From NCBI GenBank assembly GCA_965237415.1, contig CBDEFM010000002.1:3712001-3776000 (forward strand): DNA of 64,000 nt, written 5' to 3'. The notes under the pieces are model-generated. The model had not been told where the DNA came from and did not search any database. It saw nothing but the letters and a program-made list of their open reading frames with translations. The position numbers were made by a program, and so were the translations under genes. Source of the stretch: Alphaproteobacteria bacterium (GTDB lineage Bacteria; Pseudomonadota; Alphaproteobacteria; UBA828). Positions 1 to 10,392 of this stretch are shown here, piece after piece (within the stretch, counting starts at the first letter, position 1; each line of letters begins with the position of its first letter).

Positions 1-777
1 TGCGGCGCGCCTCTTCTCGTCGTCGCGCGCCTCTTCTCGTCGGTTGCGGAAGACGAGCCGGCCCATCATCTGGCCGCCGATGCAGCGCAGCGCAGCGGCG
101 GCCAGCACGCCCTCGGGCGCGCCGCCGATCCCCATGTAGATGTCGACGGTGCGGTTGAGCCGGGTGGTCGCGATCACGCCGGCGACGTCGCCGTCCCGGA
201 TCAGCTGGATGCGGGCCTGCGTCTCGCGCACCTTGGCGATCAGCTCCTCGTGCCGGGGCCGGTCCAGGATCAATACGGTGAGCTCGTTGACATCGCAGGC
301 CTTGGCCTTGGCAAGCTTGGCGAGCGTCGTGGCGGGCGGATCGTCGAGATCGACCAACTCGTCCGGCAGCCCGTCGCCGACTGCGATCTTGTCCATGTAG
401 GTGTCGGGCGCGGCGAGGAAGCCGCCTTTCTCCGCCATGGCGAGCACGGCGAGCGCGTTGGGGCCGCCGGTCGCGCAGATGGTGGTGCCTTCGAGCGGGT
501 CGAGCGCGACATCGAGGCTCGGCCCCTTGCCGGTGCCGACGGTCTCGCCGATGTAGAGCATCGGCGCCTCGTCCCGCTCACCCTCGCCGATCACCACCGT
601 GCCGGCGATGTCGAGCGCATTGAGGCCGCGTCGCATGGCGTCGACGGCGGCCTGATCGGCGGCCATCTCGTCGCCCCGGCCGATCAGCCGGGCTGCGGCG
701 CGGGCCGCGGCCTCGGTCACGCGCACCGCATCCAGCGCCAGGTTCCGGTCGAGGGAGATGATCTCCTCTGTTGCCAT
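1..777 (-). CDS. glpX: Class II fructose-1,6-bisphosphatase (3' end outside window)
   Basis: Manual translation from ATG 777: MATEEIISLDRNLALDAVRVTEAAA...GEGERDEAPMLYIGE...DPLEGT; adjacent to hom as usual in Alphaproteobacteria. Confidence 0.93.
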   Translation of the reverse strand, partial: MATEEIISLDRNLALDAVRVTEAAARAAARLIGRGDEMAADQAAVDAMRRGLNALDIAGTVVIGEGERDEAPMLYIGETVGTGKGPSLDVALDPLEGTTICATGGPNALAVLAMAEKGGFLAAPDTYMDKIAVGDGLPDELVDLDDPPATTLAKLAKAKACDVNELTVLILDRPRHEELIAKVRETQARIQLIRDGDVAGVIATTRLNRTVDIYMGIGGAPEGVLAAAALRCIGGQMMGRLVFRNRREEARDDEKRRAA

Positions 778-786
778 GCGCTCCTC

Positions 787-2094
787 CTAGAACGCTTCGA
801 TCCGGATCATGCGCGGCGGCTCCAGCACCGTGTCGAGCCGGTCGATCGCGTCAAGCGCGCGCACCACGGCTGCCTCATCCGACTCGTGCGTGGTGAGTAC
901 CACCGGGACCAGCTCGCCGGGGTTCCGCCCGCGCTGCAGCATGGCTTCGACGGAGACCTGCTCGTCCCGCAGGCAGGCGGCGATGCCGGCAATGACGCCC
1001 GGCCGGTCCACCACCATCAGGCGAATGTAATAGGCGCCGACATGGTGGTCCATGGGTCTCGCCGCCGCCCGCTGCGCGCCCTCGGAGGCAGCGGGGAAGG
1101 CCGGCATGATCTGGCCGCGGGCGATATCGACGAGGTCGGCGACCACGGCCGATGCGGTCGGGCCGGCGCCGGCGCCGGGTCCCTCGAAGAGCGCGCTCCC
1201 GATCCGATCGCCTTCCGCCACCACGGCGTTGAAGACGCCATCGACGCGGGCGATGGGCGCCGCCTCGCGGATCATGCAGGGATGCACGCGCTGGGTGATG
1301 CCGTCCTCGCCGGCGCGGGCAATGCCCAAGAGCTTGACGCGGTAGCCGAGCTCGATGGCGAAGCCGATGTCCAGCGCGCTGACGTGACGAATGCCCTCGA
1401 CATGCACGGCATCGAAATCGACCGGGCATCCGAACACGACGCTGGCGAGGATCGCGAGCTTGTGGGCGGCGTCGATCCCGTCGATGTCAGTCGAGGGATC
1501 GGCCTCCGCATAACCCAGCTCCTGCGCCTCATGGAGCACGGACTCGAATTCCCGCGCCTGGCCGGCCTGCACGGACTCGTGCATCGCCGTCATGATGTAG
1601 TTGCAGGTGCCGTTCAGGATCCCGTAGACGCCGCCGAGCCGGTTGCCCGCGAGGCCCTCGCGGAGCGCCTTGACGATGGGGATGCCGCCGGCGACGGCTG
1701 CCTCGTAACCGAGATGACGATGCGCCCGCTGCGCGGCCTCTGCGAGCGCCGCGCCGTGATGGGCAAGCAGGGCCTTGTTGGCCGTCACCAGATGCTTGCC
1801 GTGGGCGAGAGCCGCCTCCGAGAGCGCCCGCGCGGTGCCCTCCGACCCGCCGATCAGCTCGACGACGACACCGACGGCGGGGTGGGTGGCGAGCGCTCGG
1901 GCGTCATCCCGCCACTCGAGCCCGTCGAGCGCGACCCCGCGATCCTTGCCCTTGTCGCGCGCCGAGACCGCGACCACCTCGATCGACCGGCCCGTCCGTT
2001 GCTCGAGCAGCGCTGCGTTGTCGCGCAGGAGCGCGAGCACGCCGCAGCCGACCGTGCCCAGTCCGGCAATGGCGATACGCAGCGGCTCAGGCAT
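787..2094 (-). CDS. hom: Homoserine dehydrogenase
   Basis: GLGTVG Rossmann motif, VTANKA, GILNGTCNY, GYAEADP, GPGAG, C-terminal ACT domain; start set at MPEPLRIAIAG. Confidence 0.95.
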   Translation of the reverse strand: MPEPLRIAIAGLGTVGCGVLALLRDNAALLEQRTGRSIEVVAVSARDKGKDRGVALDGLEWRDDARALATHPAVGVVVELIGGSEGTARALSEAALAHGKHLVTANKALLAHHGAALAEAAQRAHRHLGYEAAVAGGIPIVKALREGLAGNRLGGVYGILNGTCNYIMTAMHESVQAGQAREFESVLHEAQELGYAEADPSTDIDGIDAAHKLAILASVVFGCPVDFDAVHVEGIRHVSALDIGFAIELGYRVKLLGIARAGEDGITQRVHPCMIREAAPIARVDGVFNAVVAEGDRIGSALFEGPGAGAGPTASAVVADLVDIARGQIMPAFPAASEGAQRAAARPMDHHVGAYYIRLMVVDRPGVIAGIAACLRDEQVSVEAMLQRGRNPGELVPVVLTTHESDEAAVVRALDAIDRLDTVLEPPRMIRIEAF

Positions 2095-2291
2095 GGGGGA
2101 GGGCTTCTTCCGGCATCGGTTGCGGCACGGGTGGAGGGCGCCCGGCCGATCCCTGGCCGCCCGGCGCAGCAAGGGAACAATCGGTCACGATGGGGCGGGG
2201 GTCTCAGCGAGCCGGTTGAGTGACGGGTTGCGGGGCACGCCGGCGGTGGCTGGCACGCCCTTGGTTCCGACGAGAGGGACGTCCGGCGCGA

Positions 2292-2735
2292 TCATCCGCC
2301 GTTCGCCGGAGCGGGCTCCGTTGCCTCTTCCGCCGGCTGATAGACCGCCCGAACCTGCGTCATCGGTTCTTCCGGGCCCACGCGCGCGCGAAGCGTCTCC
2401 GCCGTGTGCTGCGCGTTCTCGCGATCCGCCACCAGTCCGGCGGTCAATGCGGCGCGCTCTTCCGTGCTCGACATGGCGGGCGCTTCGCCCGGCACCTCGC
2501 TGAGCGAGCGATAAGGCTCGTCGCCGCCCGGGATAGCGTTGTCGCCGAAGATCTCGTCGTCGTCCTCGACGTAGCTGAACAGGTCGCCGATGTAATCGGT
2601 CGTATCCTCGACCGCCGTGCAACCGCCGACGAGGAGCCCGAGGGCGAGGGGCCCGATTGCGAGGAGCGTCAGCGGGCGCATGGAGCGCCGCCTTCGAGCC
2701 TGCGCAGTCGTCTGGGTGGCCTGGGGTTGGGGCAT
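2292..2735 (-). CDS. Hypothetical lipoprotein
   Basis: Basic N-terminus, hydrophobic stretch, lipobox-like LVGGC, acidic mature part; start may be 2681. Confidence 0.6.
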   Translation of the reverse strand: MPQPQATQTTAQARRRRSMRPLTLLAIGPLALGLLVGGCTAVEDTTDYIGDLFSYVEDDDEIFGDNAIPGGDEPYRSLSEVPGEAPAMSSTEERAALTAGLVADRENAQHTAETLRARVGPEEPMTQVRAVYQPAEEATEPAPANGG

Positions 2736-2888
2736 GGCGCATTCTCCTGGATTGTTGGCGGCGTCCGGCGTCCGCAAGTATTGAGAACGGTGCGACTCGT
2801 TAGTAGCATATACGGAATTCCCATCAATCGCATACGCGGGCACCGGCCGGCAGGCGCGCTCGCCAAACTCACATGGATCCGGCTTGCA

Positions 2889-4682
2889 ATGACCGATGAA
2901 CCGACCGCCGCGGACGGGACGGAAAGCGATATGGCTGAGCATCTCGCCGCCATTGCGGCGCAGAGCCAGCGGATGGCCGCGCGCTTGCTGAGCGGGCAGG
3001 GCGCGGCGGGCGCCGGGTCGAGCGCCGACCCGCTCAACCTGAGCGACGCCTTCATGGCGATGGCACGGAGCCTTGCCGCCGACCCCTCGCCGCTGATCGA
3101 CGCTCAGATGAAGTGGTGGGACGGCTATCTCAGGCTGTGGCAGCAGGGCGCCCAACGCCTGCAGGGCGAGGCGCCGCCGGAGCCGATCGTTGAGCCCGAG
3201 CCCGACGACCGGCGTTTTCGCGATCCGGCCTGGACCGAGAACTGGGTCTTCGATCATCTGAAGCAGTCCTACCTGCTGACCGCCGCCTGCGTTCAGTCGG
3301 CGGTGGGAGGCATTCAAGGGCTGGAGGAAAGGGACGCCGCGAAGCTCGTCTTCTACAGCCGCCAATTCGTCGACGCGCTGGCGCCCACCAATTTTCTCGC
3401 CACCAATCCGGCGGCCCTGCGGGAGACAGTCGAGACCAAGGGCGAGAACCTGCTGCGGGGCCTCCGCAACGTGCTCGACGATCTCGAGCGCAACGACGGC
3501 CGGTTCGCGCCGCGGATGTCGGACGAAGGCCATTTCACCCTGGGCGAGACCGTCGCGACGACGCCCGGAACGGTCGTCTTCCAGAACGACCTCATGCAGC
3601 TGATCCAGTATGCGCCTGGCACGGAGACGGTGTATCGCCGGCCGCTCCTCATCGTGCCGCCCTGGATCAACAAGTACTACGTGCTCGATCTGAGGCCGAA
3701 AAACTCGTTCGTCAGGTGGGCGGTGTCGAAGGGCTACACGGTCTTCATGATCTCCTGGGTCAACCCGGACGAGCGGCTCGCGGAGAAGACCTTCGAGGAC
3801 TACATGCTGGAAGGCCCGCTGGCTGCGCTCGATGCGATTGCGGAGGCCACGGGCGAGCGCGATGCGGCGCCGATCGGCTACTGCCTGGGCGGCACGCTCA
3901 CGGCGGCGACGCTGGCGTATCTCGCGGCGCGGGGTGACGAGCGCATCAAGAGCGCGACCTTCTTCGCCTCCCTCGTCGATTTTGCGGAGCCCGGCGAGAT
4001 CGGCGTCTTCATCGACGATGCCCAGATCGAGTCCCTCGACGCCATGATGGCGGAGAAGGGCTACCTCGACGGCCGCCACATGGCGACGACCTTCAACATG
4101 CTTCGCTCTAACGACCTGATCTGGTCATTCGTCGTCAACAACTACCTCCTCGGCCGGGAGCCGATGCCCTTCGACCTGCTATTCTGGAACTCGGACTCGA
4201 CCCGGATGCCGGCGGCGATGCACGGCTACTACCTGCGCAAGATGTATCGGGAGAACCTGCTCGCCCAGCCAGGGGGCCTGAGCCTCGCTGGCGTTCCCAT
4301 CGACCTCCGCCGCGTCGACATTCCGACCTATATCGTGGCGACGCGGGAGGATCACATCGCGCCGTGGCAGTCCTGCTTCGCCGCGTGCGGGCTCTATCGG
4401 GGGCAGCGCCGCTTCGTCCTCGGCGCCTCCGGCCATATCGCCGGCATCATCAATCCGCCCGCGGCCGGAAAATACGGCTACTGGACCGGGCCGATCGTGG
4501 AGTCGCAGGGTGCCGACGCCTGGCTCGCCGCCGCCGAGCGCCACGAGGGTTCCTGGTGGAACGACTGGCACGCATGGCAGCGCCGCCGTGCCGGCGGCAA
4601 CAAGGTGCCGGCGCGTGTTCCCGGCGCAGGAGCGCTCAAGCCGATCGAGGACGCGCCGGGCTCCTACGTGCTGGCCGCATGA
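2889..4682 (+). CDS. phaC: Class I polyhydroxyalkanoate synthase
   Basis: DRRF, PPWINKYY, lipase box GYCLGG, DLLFWNSD, EDHIAPW, SGHIAG, GSWW. Confidence 0.95.
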   Translation: MTDEPTAADGTESDMAEHLAAIAAQSQRMAARLLSGQGAAGAGSSADPLNLSDAFMAMARSLAADPSPLIDAQMKWWDGYLRLWQQGAQRLQGEAPPEPIVEPEPDDRRFRDPAWTENWVFDHLKQSYLLTAACVQSAVGGIQGLEERDAAKLVFYSRQFVDALAPTNFLATNPAALRETVETKGENLLRGLRNVLDDLERNDGRFAPRMSDEGHFTLGETVATTPGTVVFQNDLMQLIQYAPGTETVYRRPLLIVPPWINKYYVLDLRPKNSFVRWAVSKGYTVFMISWVNPDERLAEKTFEDYMLEGPLAALDAIAEATGERDAAPIGYCLGGTLTAATLAYLAARGDERIKSATFFASLVDFAEPGEIGVFIDDAQIESLDAMMAEKGYLDGRHMATTFNMLRSNDLIWSFVVNNYLLGREPMPFDLLFWNSDSTRMPAAMHGYYLRKMYRENLLAQPGGLSLAGVPIDLRRVDIPTYIVATREDHIAPWQSCFAACGLYRGQRRFVLGASGHIAGIINPPAAGKYGYWTGPIVESQGADAWLAAAERHEGSWWNDWHAWQRRRAGGNKVPARVPGAGALKPIEDAPGSYVLAA

Positions 4683-5229
4683 TAGCGGGGGCCCGCTGCG
4701 GCGGGCCCGACGAGGCACGGTACTCGCCGGCTCTGTTCGCGTAGCGTCGGGCGATGCTCACGATGGTTTCGCGCTCAGCGTTGCTCACCATCCGCGTAGG
4801 CCGTGCCGGCCGGCCCATCCACATCTCGCCGCTCTTGACCCGCTTGCCGGGCGTCACCAGCGCACCGGCGGCGACCCAGGCGCCGGTCTCCACCACCGCG
4901 TAGTCCATCACCGTGGCGCCCATGCCGATCATGCAGCCGTCCTCCAGCACGCAGGCATGGAGCAGGCACATGTGGCCCACCACCACGTCCTCGCCGATGA
5001 GCGTGGGGCCGTCGGCGGTGGCGGTGTGGATGATCGTGCCGTCCTGGACGTTGCTGCGCGCGCCGACGCGGATGTAGTTCACGTCGCCGCGCAGGACGCA
5101 GTTGAACCAGACGCTCGACTGCGCCCCGAGCACGACATCGCCGATCACGCTGCTGCCGGCCGCGACGAAGGCGTTCGGCGCCACCTTGGGCCAGCGGTGG
5201 TGGTAGGGCAGGAGCAGGCCGGCCGACAT
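4636..5229 (-). CDS. Gamma carbonic anhydrase family protein
   Basis: Hexapeptide repeats, LRGDVN, NVQDG..IH, GH..LH metal ligands. Confidence 0.9.
   Translation of the reverse strand: MSAGLLLPYHHRWPKVAPNAFVAAGSSVIGDVVLGAQSSVWFNCVLRGDVNYIRVGARSNVQDGTIIHTATADGPTLIGEDVVVGHMCLLHACVLEDGCMIGMGATVMDYAVVETGAWVAAGALVTPGKRVKSGEMWMGRPARPTRMVSNAERETIVSIARRYANRAGEYRASSGPPQRAPAIMRPARRSPARPRSA
4689..4708. terminator. GC hairpin just after the phaC stop
   Basis: GGGCCCGC-TGCG-GCGGGCCC perfect 8-bp stem; no U-tract. Confidence 0.3.
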
Positions 5230-5243
5230 ATGCTCCCGACCCT

Positions 5244-6302
5244 CTAAGGGAAGAGCGGCGCCTGCCCGAGCCCGGTCGTCTCCGGCAGGGCGTGCATCAG
5301 GTTCATGTTCTGGATCGCCTGGCCGGAGGCGCCCTTTACCAGATTGTCGATGGCCGAGATCAGGATGGCGCGCCCCTCGATCCGGTCGTCGAAGACCCCG
5401 ATGAGGCAGTGGTTCGAACCCCGCACGTGACGGGTCGCGGGTGCTGCGCCCGTTGGCAGGACGCGCACGAACGGCTCGTCCGCATAGCGCCGGGAGAGCG
5501 CATCGCGCAGGGCGTCGGCGCCCGCGCGGCTGCGGACGTAGATCGTCGCCAGAATGCCCCGGTTCATCGGAATCAGATGGGGCGTGAAGTTGACGCGAAT
5601 GGGCGTCCCCGCCGCCGCCGAGAGCCCCTGTTCGATCTCCGGCGCGTGGCGGTGATGGGCGATACCGTAGGCGTGCACGCCCTCGCCGACCTCGGCGAAA
5701 AGGCTCGCCTGCTTGGCCTCGCGCCCCGCGCCCGAGACTCCCGACTTGGCGTCGATGATGATGTCCTCGCTCTCGATCAGCCCGTCTTCGAGCAGCGGCG
5801 CCAGCGGCAGTTGCGACGCGGTCGGGTAGCAGCCCGGGTTCGCCACGAGGCGGGCGCTGCGCACCTCATCGCGTGCGAGCTCGGTCAGGCCGTAGACCGC
5901 CTCTGCCTGGAGCGCCACGGCGCCGTGCGCCCGCCCGTACCATTCCGCGTAGACTCCCGGGTCCGCGAGACGGAAGTCGGCCGAGAGGTCCACCACCTTG
6001 AGATGGCCCGGCAGGGCGGCAACGACCTCCTGCGTGGTGCCGTGGGGCAGGCAGCAGAAGACCGCGTCGAGGGCGTCCCAGGCGGCGTCCTCGATCTTGA
6101 CGAGGTCGGGGAAGCCGGCGCCGCCCAGATGGGGAAAGACCGCTTCCAGGCTCTGGCCCGCGCGCCGCTCGGCGGTGAGCAGGCCGACCGAGAAGCCGTC
6201 GTGGCTCGCCAGCAGGCGCAGCAACTCGCCGCCGGTATAACCGCTCGCACCGAGCACGCCGACGCGGGCGGTGTTGCCCGTGCCGGATGAGGAGGGGCTC
6301 AT
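5244..6302 (-). CDS. argC: N-acetyl-gamma-glutamyl-phosphate reductase
   Basis: GASGYTG, DLSADFR, ANPGCYPT, SGVSGAG, DNLVKGASGQA. Confidence 0.96.
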   Translation of the reverse strand: MSPSSSGTGNTARVGVLGASGYTGGELLRLLASHDGFSVGLLTAERRAGQSLEAVFPHLGGAGFPDLVKIEDAAWDALDAVFCCLPHGTTQEVVAALPGHLKVVDLSADFRLADPGVYAEWYGRAHGAVALQAEAVYGLTELARDEVRSARLVANPGCYPTASQLPLAPLLEDGLIESEDIIIDAKSGVSGAGREAKQASLFAEVGEGVHAYGIAHHRHAPEIEQGLSAAAGTPIRVNFTPHLIPMNRGILATIYVRSRAGADALRDALSRRYADEPFVRVLPTGAAPATRHVRGSNHCLIGVFDDRIEGRAILISAIDNLVKGASGQAIQNMNLMHALPETTGLGQAPLFP

Positions 6303-6374
6303 TGTGGGTCTGCCGTGATCGCTGGAGCCGGAGCGGGGAAGCACATCAGTGCAGCCGCGCCGGCGACGCCTTGG

Positions 6375-6857
6375 TTAGCGCTTCGAGAACTGGAAGCTCC
6401 GGCGGGCCTTGCGCTTGCCGTACTTCTTGCGCTCCACGACGCGGCTGTCGCGGGTGAGGAAGCCGCCGGACTTGAGCATCTTGCGGAGCTCCGGCTCGCG
6501 CGCCACCAGCGCCCGGCTGATGCCGTGCCGAACCGCGCCGGCCTGGCCGGAGAGGCCGCCGCCCTTGACGGTGCAGATGACGTCGTACTGGGAGAGGCGC
6601 GCGACCAGCTCCGCTGGCTGGTTGATGATCATTCTGAGCGCCGGGCGGGCGAAGTAAACCTCCACCGCGCGCTTGTTGACCGTGATCGTGCCGACGCCAG
6701 GCCGCAGCCAAACGCGCGCGACCGCGTCCTTGCGTTTGCCGGTCGCGTAGGTGCGGCCCAGGCGGTCGATCTGCGGCTCGGGCTCGATTTCAACGTCGGG
6801 CAGGGCGACCTCGCCGAGCTCGGCAAGGCTGGTCAGGGTCTTCGACTCGTCAGCCAC
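6375..6857 (-). CDS. rpsI: 30S ribosomal protein S9
   Basis: [22 protein letters not shown]...QFSKR. Confidence 0.97.
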   Translation of the reverse strand: MADESKTLTSLAELGEVALPDVEIEPEPQIDRLGRTYATGKRKDAVARVWLRPGVGTITVNKRAVEVYFARPALRMIINQPAELVARLSQYDVICTVKGGGLSGQAGAVRHGISRALVAREPELRKMLKSGGFLTRDSRVVERKKYGKRKARRSFQFSKR

Positions 6858-7332
6858 GCAGCGTGCTCCTCGCGTTCTTCGGATTCATCGCGGCGATGTC
6901 GAGGGGTTCGGGTTGCTGCGCCTCGTGCGGATGGTCCGCGCCGGCATAGACCTTGAGGTTCGCCATCTGCTGGCGGCCCAAGGGGCCTTTGGGGATCATC
7001 CGCTGCACCGCTTTGATTACCACCGTCTCCGGCCGCTTGCCGCCAAGGATGCGGGCGGCGGTGCGGGTCTTGAGCCCGCCGGGATACCCGGTGTGGTGAT
7101 GGTAGAGCTTGTCTTCCCGCTTGCGCCCGGTGAGCCGTACTTTCTCGGCATTGACGATGATGATGTTGTCGCCGCAGTCCATGTGCGGCGTGTAGCTTGG
7201 CTTGTGCTTGCCGCGCAGGCGGGTGGCGACGATGGTGGCGAGCCTGCCGAGGACGAGGTCCTCGGCATCCACCAGCATCCACTTCTTATCGATGTTGGCA
7301 GGCGTTGCCGAGAAGGTTTTCATTGCGCTCAC
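6850..7332 (-). CDS. rplM: 50S ribosomal protein L13
   Basis: [36 protein letters not shown]. Confidence 0.97.
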   Translation of the reverse strand: MSAMKTFSATPANIDKKWMLVDAEDLVLGRLATIVATRLRGKHKPSYTPHMDCGDNIIIVNAEKVRLTGRKREDKLYHHHTGYPGGLKTRTAARILGGKRPETVVIKAVQRMIPKGPLGRQQMANLKVYAGADHPHEAQQPEPLDIAAMNPKNARSTLRG

Positions 7333-7487
7333 GACGGTGGGATAAGATGCAACAGCGCGCGGGCCTACCCGGCGAACGCCGGCCCGCGCGTCATGGGCAG
7401 TATGCCACAGGATCGGGCCCAGTCAACGGCGCCTTTGCAGGGCGCGTGCCTTGACCGCGACGTCCCGCCGCTCCCGACGGGCTGGCG

Positions 7488-10253
7488 TCAGTGAGCGTCG
7501 GCCCAGCTTGCGCCTGTGCCGACATCGACGGTGAGCGGCACGTCCAGATGGGCGGCGCCTTCCATCACCTGCTTGACCACCGCGCCGGTTTCGTCGACTT
7601 CGGCCTCGGGCACCTCGAACACCAGCTCGTCGTGCACCTGGAGCAACATCCGGGCGTGTAGGCCTCGCGCCTCCAGTGCGCCCTGCATGGGGATCATCGC
7701 GCGCTTGATGACGTCGGCTGCGGCCCCCTGGATCGGCGCGTTGATCGCCGCCCGCTCCTGAAACGCGCGGCGCGCCGGATTGCGGTCGTTGATGCCCGGC
7801 AGCCGGCACTTGCGGCCGAAGAGCGTGGTCACGAAGCCTTCCGCATGCGCCGCCTTCTTGGTGCGCTCCATATAGTCCTTGATGCCGGGATAGCGCGCGA
7901 AATAGGCCTCGATATAGCCCTTGGCCTCGGCCTGGGGGACGCCGATCTGGCGGGCGAGCCCGAAGGGGCTGATGCCGTAGATGATCCCGAAATTGATCGC
8001 CTTGGCCGAGCGGCGGACCATCGGGTCCATGCCCTCGAGCGGCAAGCCGAACACCTGGCTCGCGGTCAGCGCGTGGATGTCGATCCCCTCGCGGAAGGCG
8101 TCCTTGAGCGAGTCTACGTCGGCGACGTGGGCGAGGATGCGAAGCTCGATCTGCGAATAGTCGGCGGACAGCAGCACATGACCCGGAGCGGCGACGAAGG
8201 CGCGGCGGATGCGGCGGCCCTCCTCGGTGCGGATCGGGATGTTCTGCAGGTTGGGGTCGTTGGAGGAGAGCCGCCCGGTGTTCGCGGCGGTCATGGTAAA
8301 GGTCGTGTGCACGCGCCGGGTTGCGGGGTCGATGTGCCCGATCAGCGCGTCCGTGTAGGTGCTCTTGAGCTTGGTGAGCTGGCGCCAGTCGAGCACCCGC
8401 GCCGGCAGGTCGTGGCCTTGGGCCGCGAACTCCTCCAGAATGTCCGCGCCGGTGCTGTAGGCGCCCGACTTGCCCTTGCGCCCGCTCCGGAGCCCCATCT
8501 CGTCGAACAGCACCTCGCCAAGCTGCTTGGGCGAGCCGATGGTGAAGGGATGGCCGGCAAGGGCGTGGATCTCGCTCTCCAGCGTCTCGATCCGGCCGGC
8601 GAAGTCCGCCGACAGCGCGACGAGTTCGCCCTGGTCCACGAGGATGCCGGCGGCTTCCATCCGGGCCAGCACCGCGATCAGCGGGCGTTCGATCCGCTCG
8701 AACACCGTGGTGAGACGATCCGCGACGAGGCGCGGCCGAATGACGCTGTGGAGGCGGAGCGCGAGATCGGCGTGCGCCGCGGCGGTATCCCGCAGCGCCT
8801 CGGGCGAGACAGCGTCGATGGAAACCTTGTTGCGCCCGCTGCCGAGCACGGCGGCAAGCGCCGGCGCAGCGCGGTCGAGATGGAGCTGCGTCAGGTCCTC
8901 GAGGGCATGGCCGTGCAGGCTGCCGTCGAGCACCCAGGAGGCCAGCATGGGATCGTCGACCGGGGCGAGCGTTCGCCCGTGCGTGGATAGCATGCGCAGG
9001 GTCTGCTTGATGTCGAGGCCGAGCTTAAGCACGCCGGGGTCGGTCAGCACCGGATCGAGGACCGCCAGCGCCTCGGCGAGGTCGAGTTGCCGGCTCGCCT
9101 GTGCCGCCTCCATCAGGTCGGGGCTGGCGTGGCCGAGGGGGACATAGCAGGCCTCGCCCGGCGCCGTGGCGAGCGCGAGGCCCGTGAGGCCGGCGCCCTC
9201 GGGAGACCCCGCCGCCCTGAATGGCTCCAGCGCCAGCACGCCGCTCTCGCGCGCCTTCTCTACCCAGCCCGCGAGCGCGCCCGCATCCGTCACCAGCGGG
9301 TAGGCGGCGGGGAGGGGGGCCGTCTCGTCCGGCTCCGCCTCCTCCTCGGCCAGCGTTGCCTCTCCGCCATCGGTCCCGAGCCGCGCGGCGATCGACCTGA
9401 AGCCGTTCTCCTGGAAGAAGGCGCGAAGCGCGCCCGGCTCCGGCTGACGGCGCACAAGCGCCTCCAGCGGCATCGGCAAGGGCGCATCCCGCCGCAGCGT
9501 CACGAGATCGCGGGAAAGGCGCGCCATTTCGGCATGCTCGATCAGGTTCTGGCGCCGCTTGGGTTGCTTGATCTCTTCGGCACGTTCGAGCAGGCAATCG
9601 AGGTCGCCATAGTCGTTGATGAGCTGCGCTGCCGTCTTGACCCCGATGCCGGGCACGCCCGGCACGTTGTCGGTGCTGTCGCCGGCGAGCGCCTGCACGT
9701 CGATCACCCGCTCAGGCCCCACGCCGAAACGCTCATGCACCTGGTCGGGGCCGATCTCCCGATTCTTGAAGTAGTCGTACATGACCACCGAGTCGCCTTC
9801 GACGAGCTGCATCAGGTCCTTGTCGGCGGAGACGATGGTGACCCGCGCACCCCGCGCCCGCGCGGCCTCGACATAAGCCGCGATCAGGTCGTCGGCTTCG
9901 AAGCCGACGAGCTCGATCGACGCCAGGTTGAAGGCGCCGGCGGCCTCGCGGACGAGGGGGAACTGCGGAATCAGCTCCTCCGGCGTCTCGCCCCGGTTCG
10001 CCTTGTAGAGCTCGTAGATCTCATTGCGAAAGGTGAGCCGCGCCGTGTCGAAGATCACCGCGGCATGGTCCGCATCGGTTTCGCGCAGGATCTTCCACAG
10101 CATGTTGGTGAAGCCGAGCACCGCATTGACCGGGGTGCCGTCAGGGCGGGTCAGCGGCGGGAGCGCATGGAAGGCGCGGAAGACGAAGCCCGAGCCGTCG
10201 ATGAGGTAGAGGTGGCGCAGGGCGCCCGCGTCGTCGGGGGCTTCGTGGCTCAC
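7488..10253 (-). CDS. polA: DNA polymerase I
   Basis: 5'-3' exonuclease (LIDGS, EADD, GVPGIG), LSSNDPNLQNIP, DYSQIELR, KAINFGIIYG, LQVHDEL. Confidence 0.97.
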   Translation of the reverse strand: MSHEAPDDAGALRHLYLIDGSGFVFRAFHALPPLTRPDGTPVNAVLGFTNMLWKILRETDADHAAVIFDTARLTFRNEIYELYKANRGETPEELIPQFPLVREAAGAFNLASIELVGFEADDLIAAYVEAARARGARVTIVSADKDLMQLVEGDSVVMYDYFKNREIGPDQVHERFGVGPERVIDVQALAGDSTDNVPGVPGIGVKTAAQLINDYGDLDCLLERAEEIKQPKRRQNLIEHAEMARLSRDLVTLRRDAPLPMPLEALVRRQPEPGALRAFFQENGFRSIAARLGTDGGEATLAEEEAEPDETAPLPAAYPLVTDAGALAGWVEKARESGVLALEPFRAAGSPEGAGLTGLALATAPGEACYVPLGHASPDLMEAAQASRQLDLAEALAVLDPVLTDPGVLKLGLDIKQTLRMLSTHGRTLAPVDDPMLASWVLDGSLHGHALEDLTQLHLDRAAPALAAVLGSGRNKVSIDAVSPEALRDTAAAHADLALRLHSVIRPRLVADRLTTVFERIERPLIAVLARMEAAGILVDQGELVALSADFAGRIETLESEIHALAGHPFTIGSPKQLGEVLFDEMGLRSGRKGKSGAYSTGADILEEFAAQGHDLPARVLDWRQLTKLKSTYTDALIGHIDPATRRVHTTFTMTAANTGRLSSNDPNLQNIPIRTEEGRRIRRAFVAAPGHVLLSADYSQIELRILAHVADVDSLKDAFREGIDIHALTASQVFGLPLEGMDPMVRRSAKAINFGIIYGISPFGLARQIGVPQAEAKGYIEAYFARYPGIKDYMERTKKAAHAEGFVTTLFGRKCRLPGINDRNPARRAFQERAAINAPIQGAAADVIKRAMIPMQGALEARGLHARMLLQVHDELVFEVPEAEVDETGAVVKQVMEGAAHLDVPLTVDVGTGASWADAH

Positions 10254-10392
10254 GATGGGCGCTCCGGCTTCAGGGTCTCGTCGGCGGGCACTTGCTCTCG
10301 GCGATGCGCGCCACTATGCCACGCAGGCCGGCCCCCGCACAGCGGGCGCCGCGCGGCCGCCGTCAACCGTCGTCAACCGCGAGCTGCCCCCC

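Noticed and set aside
4636-4682. 47-bp convergent overlap of phaC and the gamma-CA gene
   Set aside because: A common result of stop-codon drift in GC-rich genomes; the extension is low-complexity.
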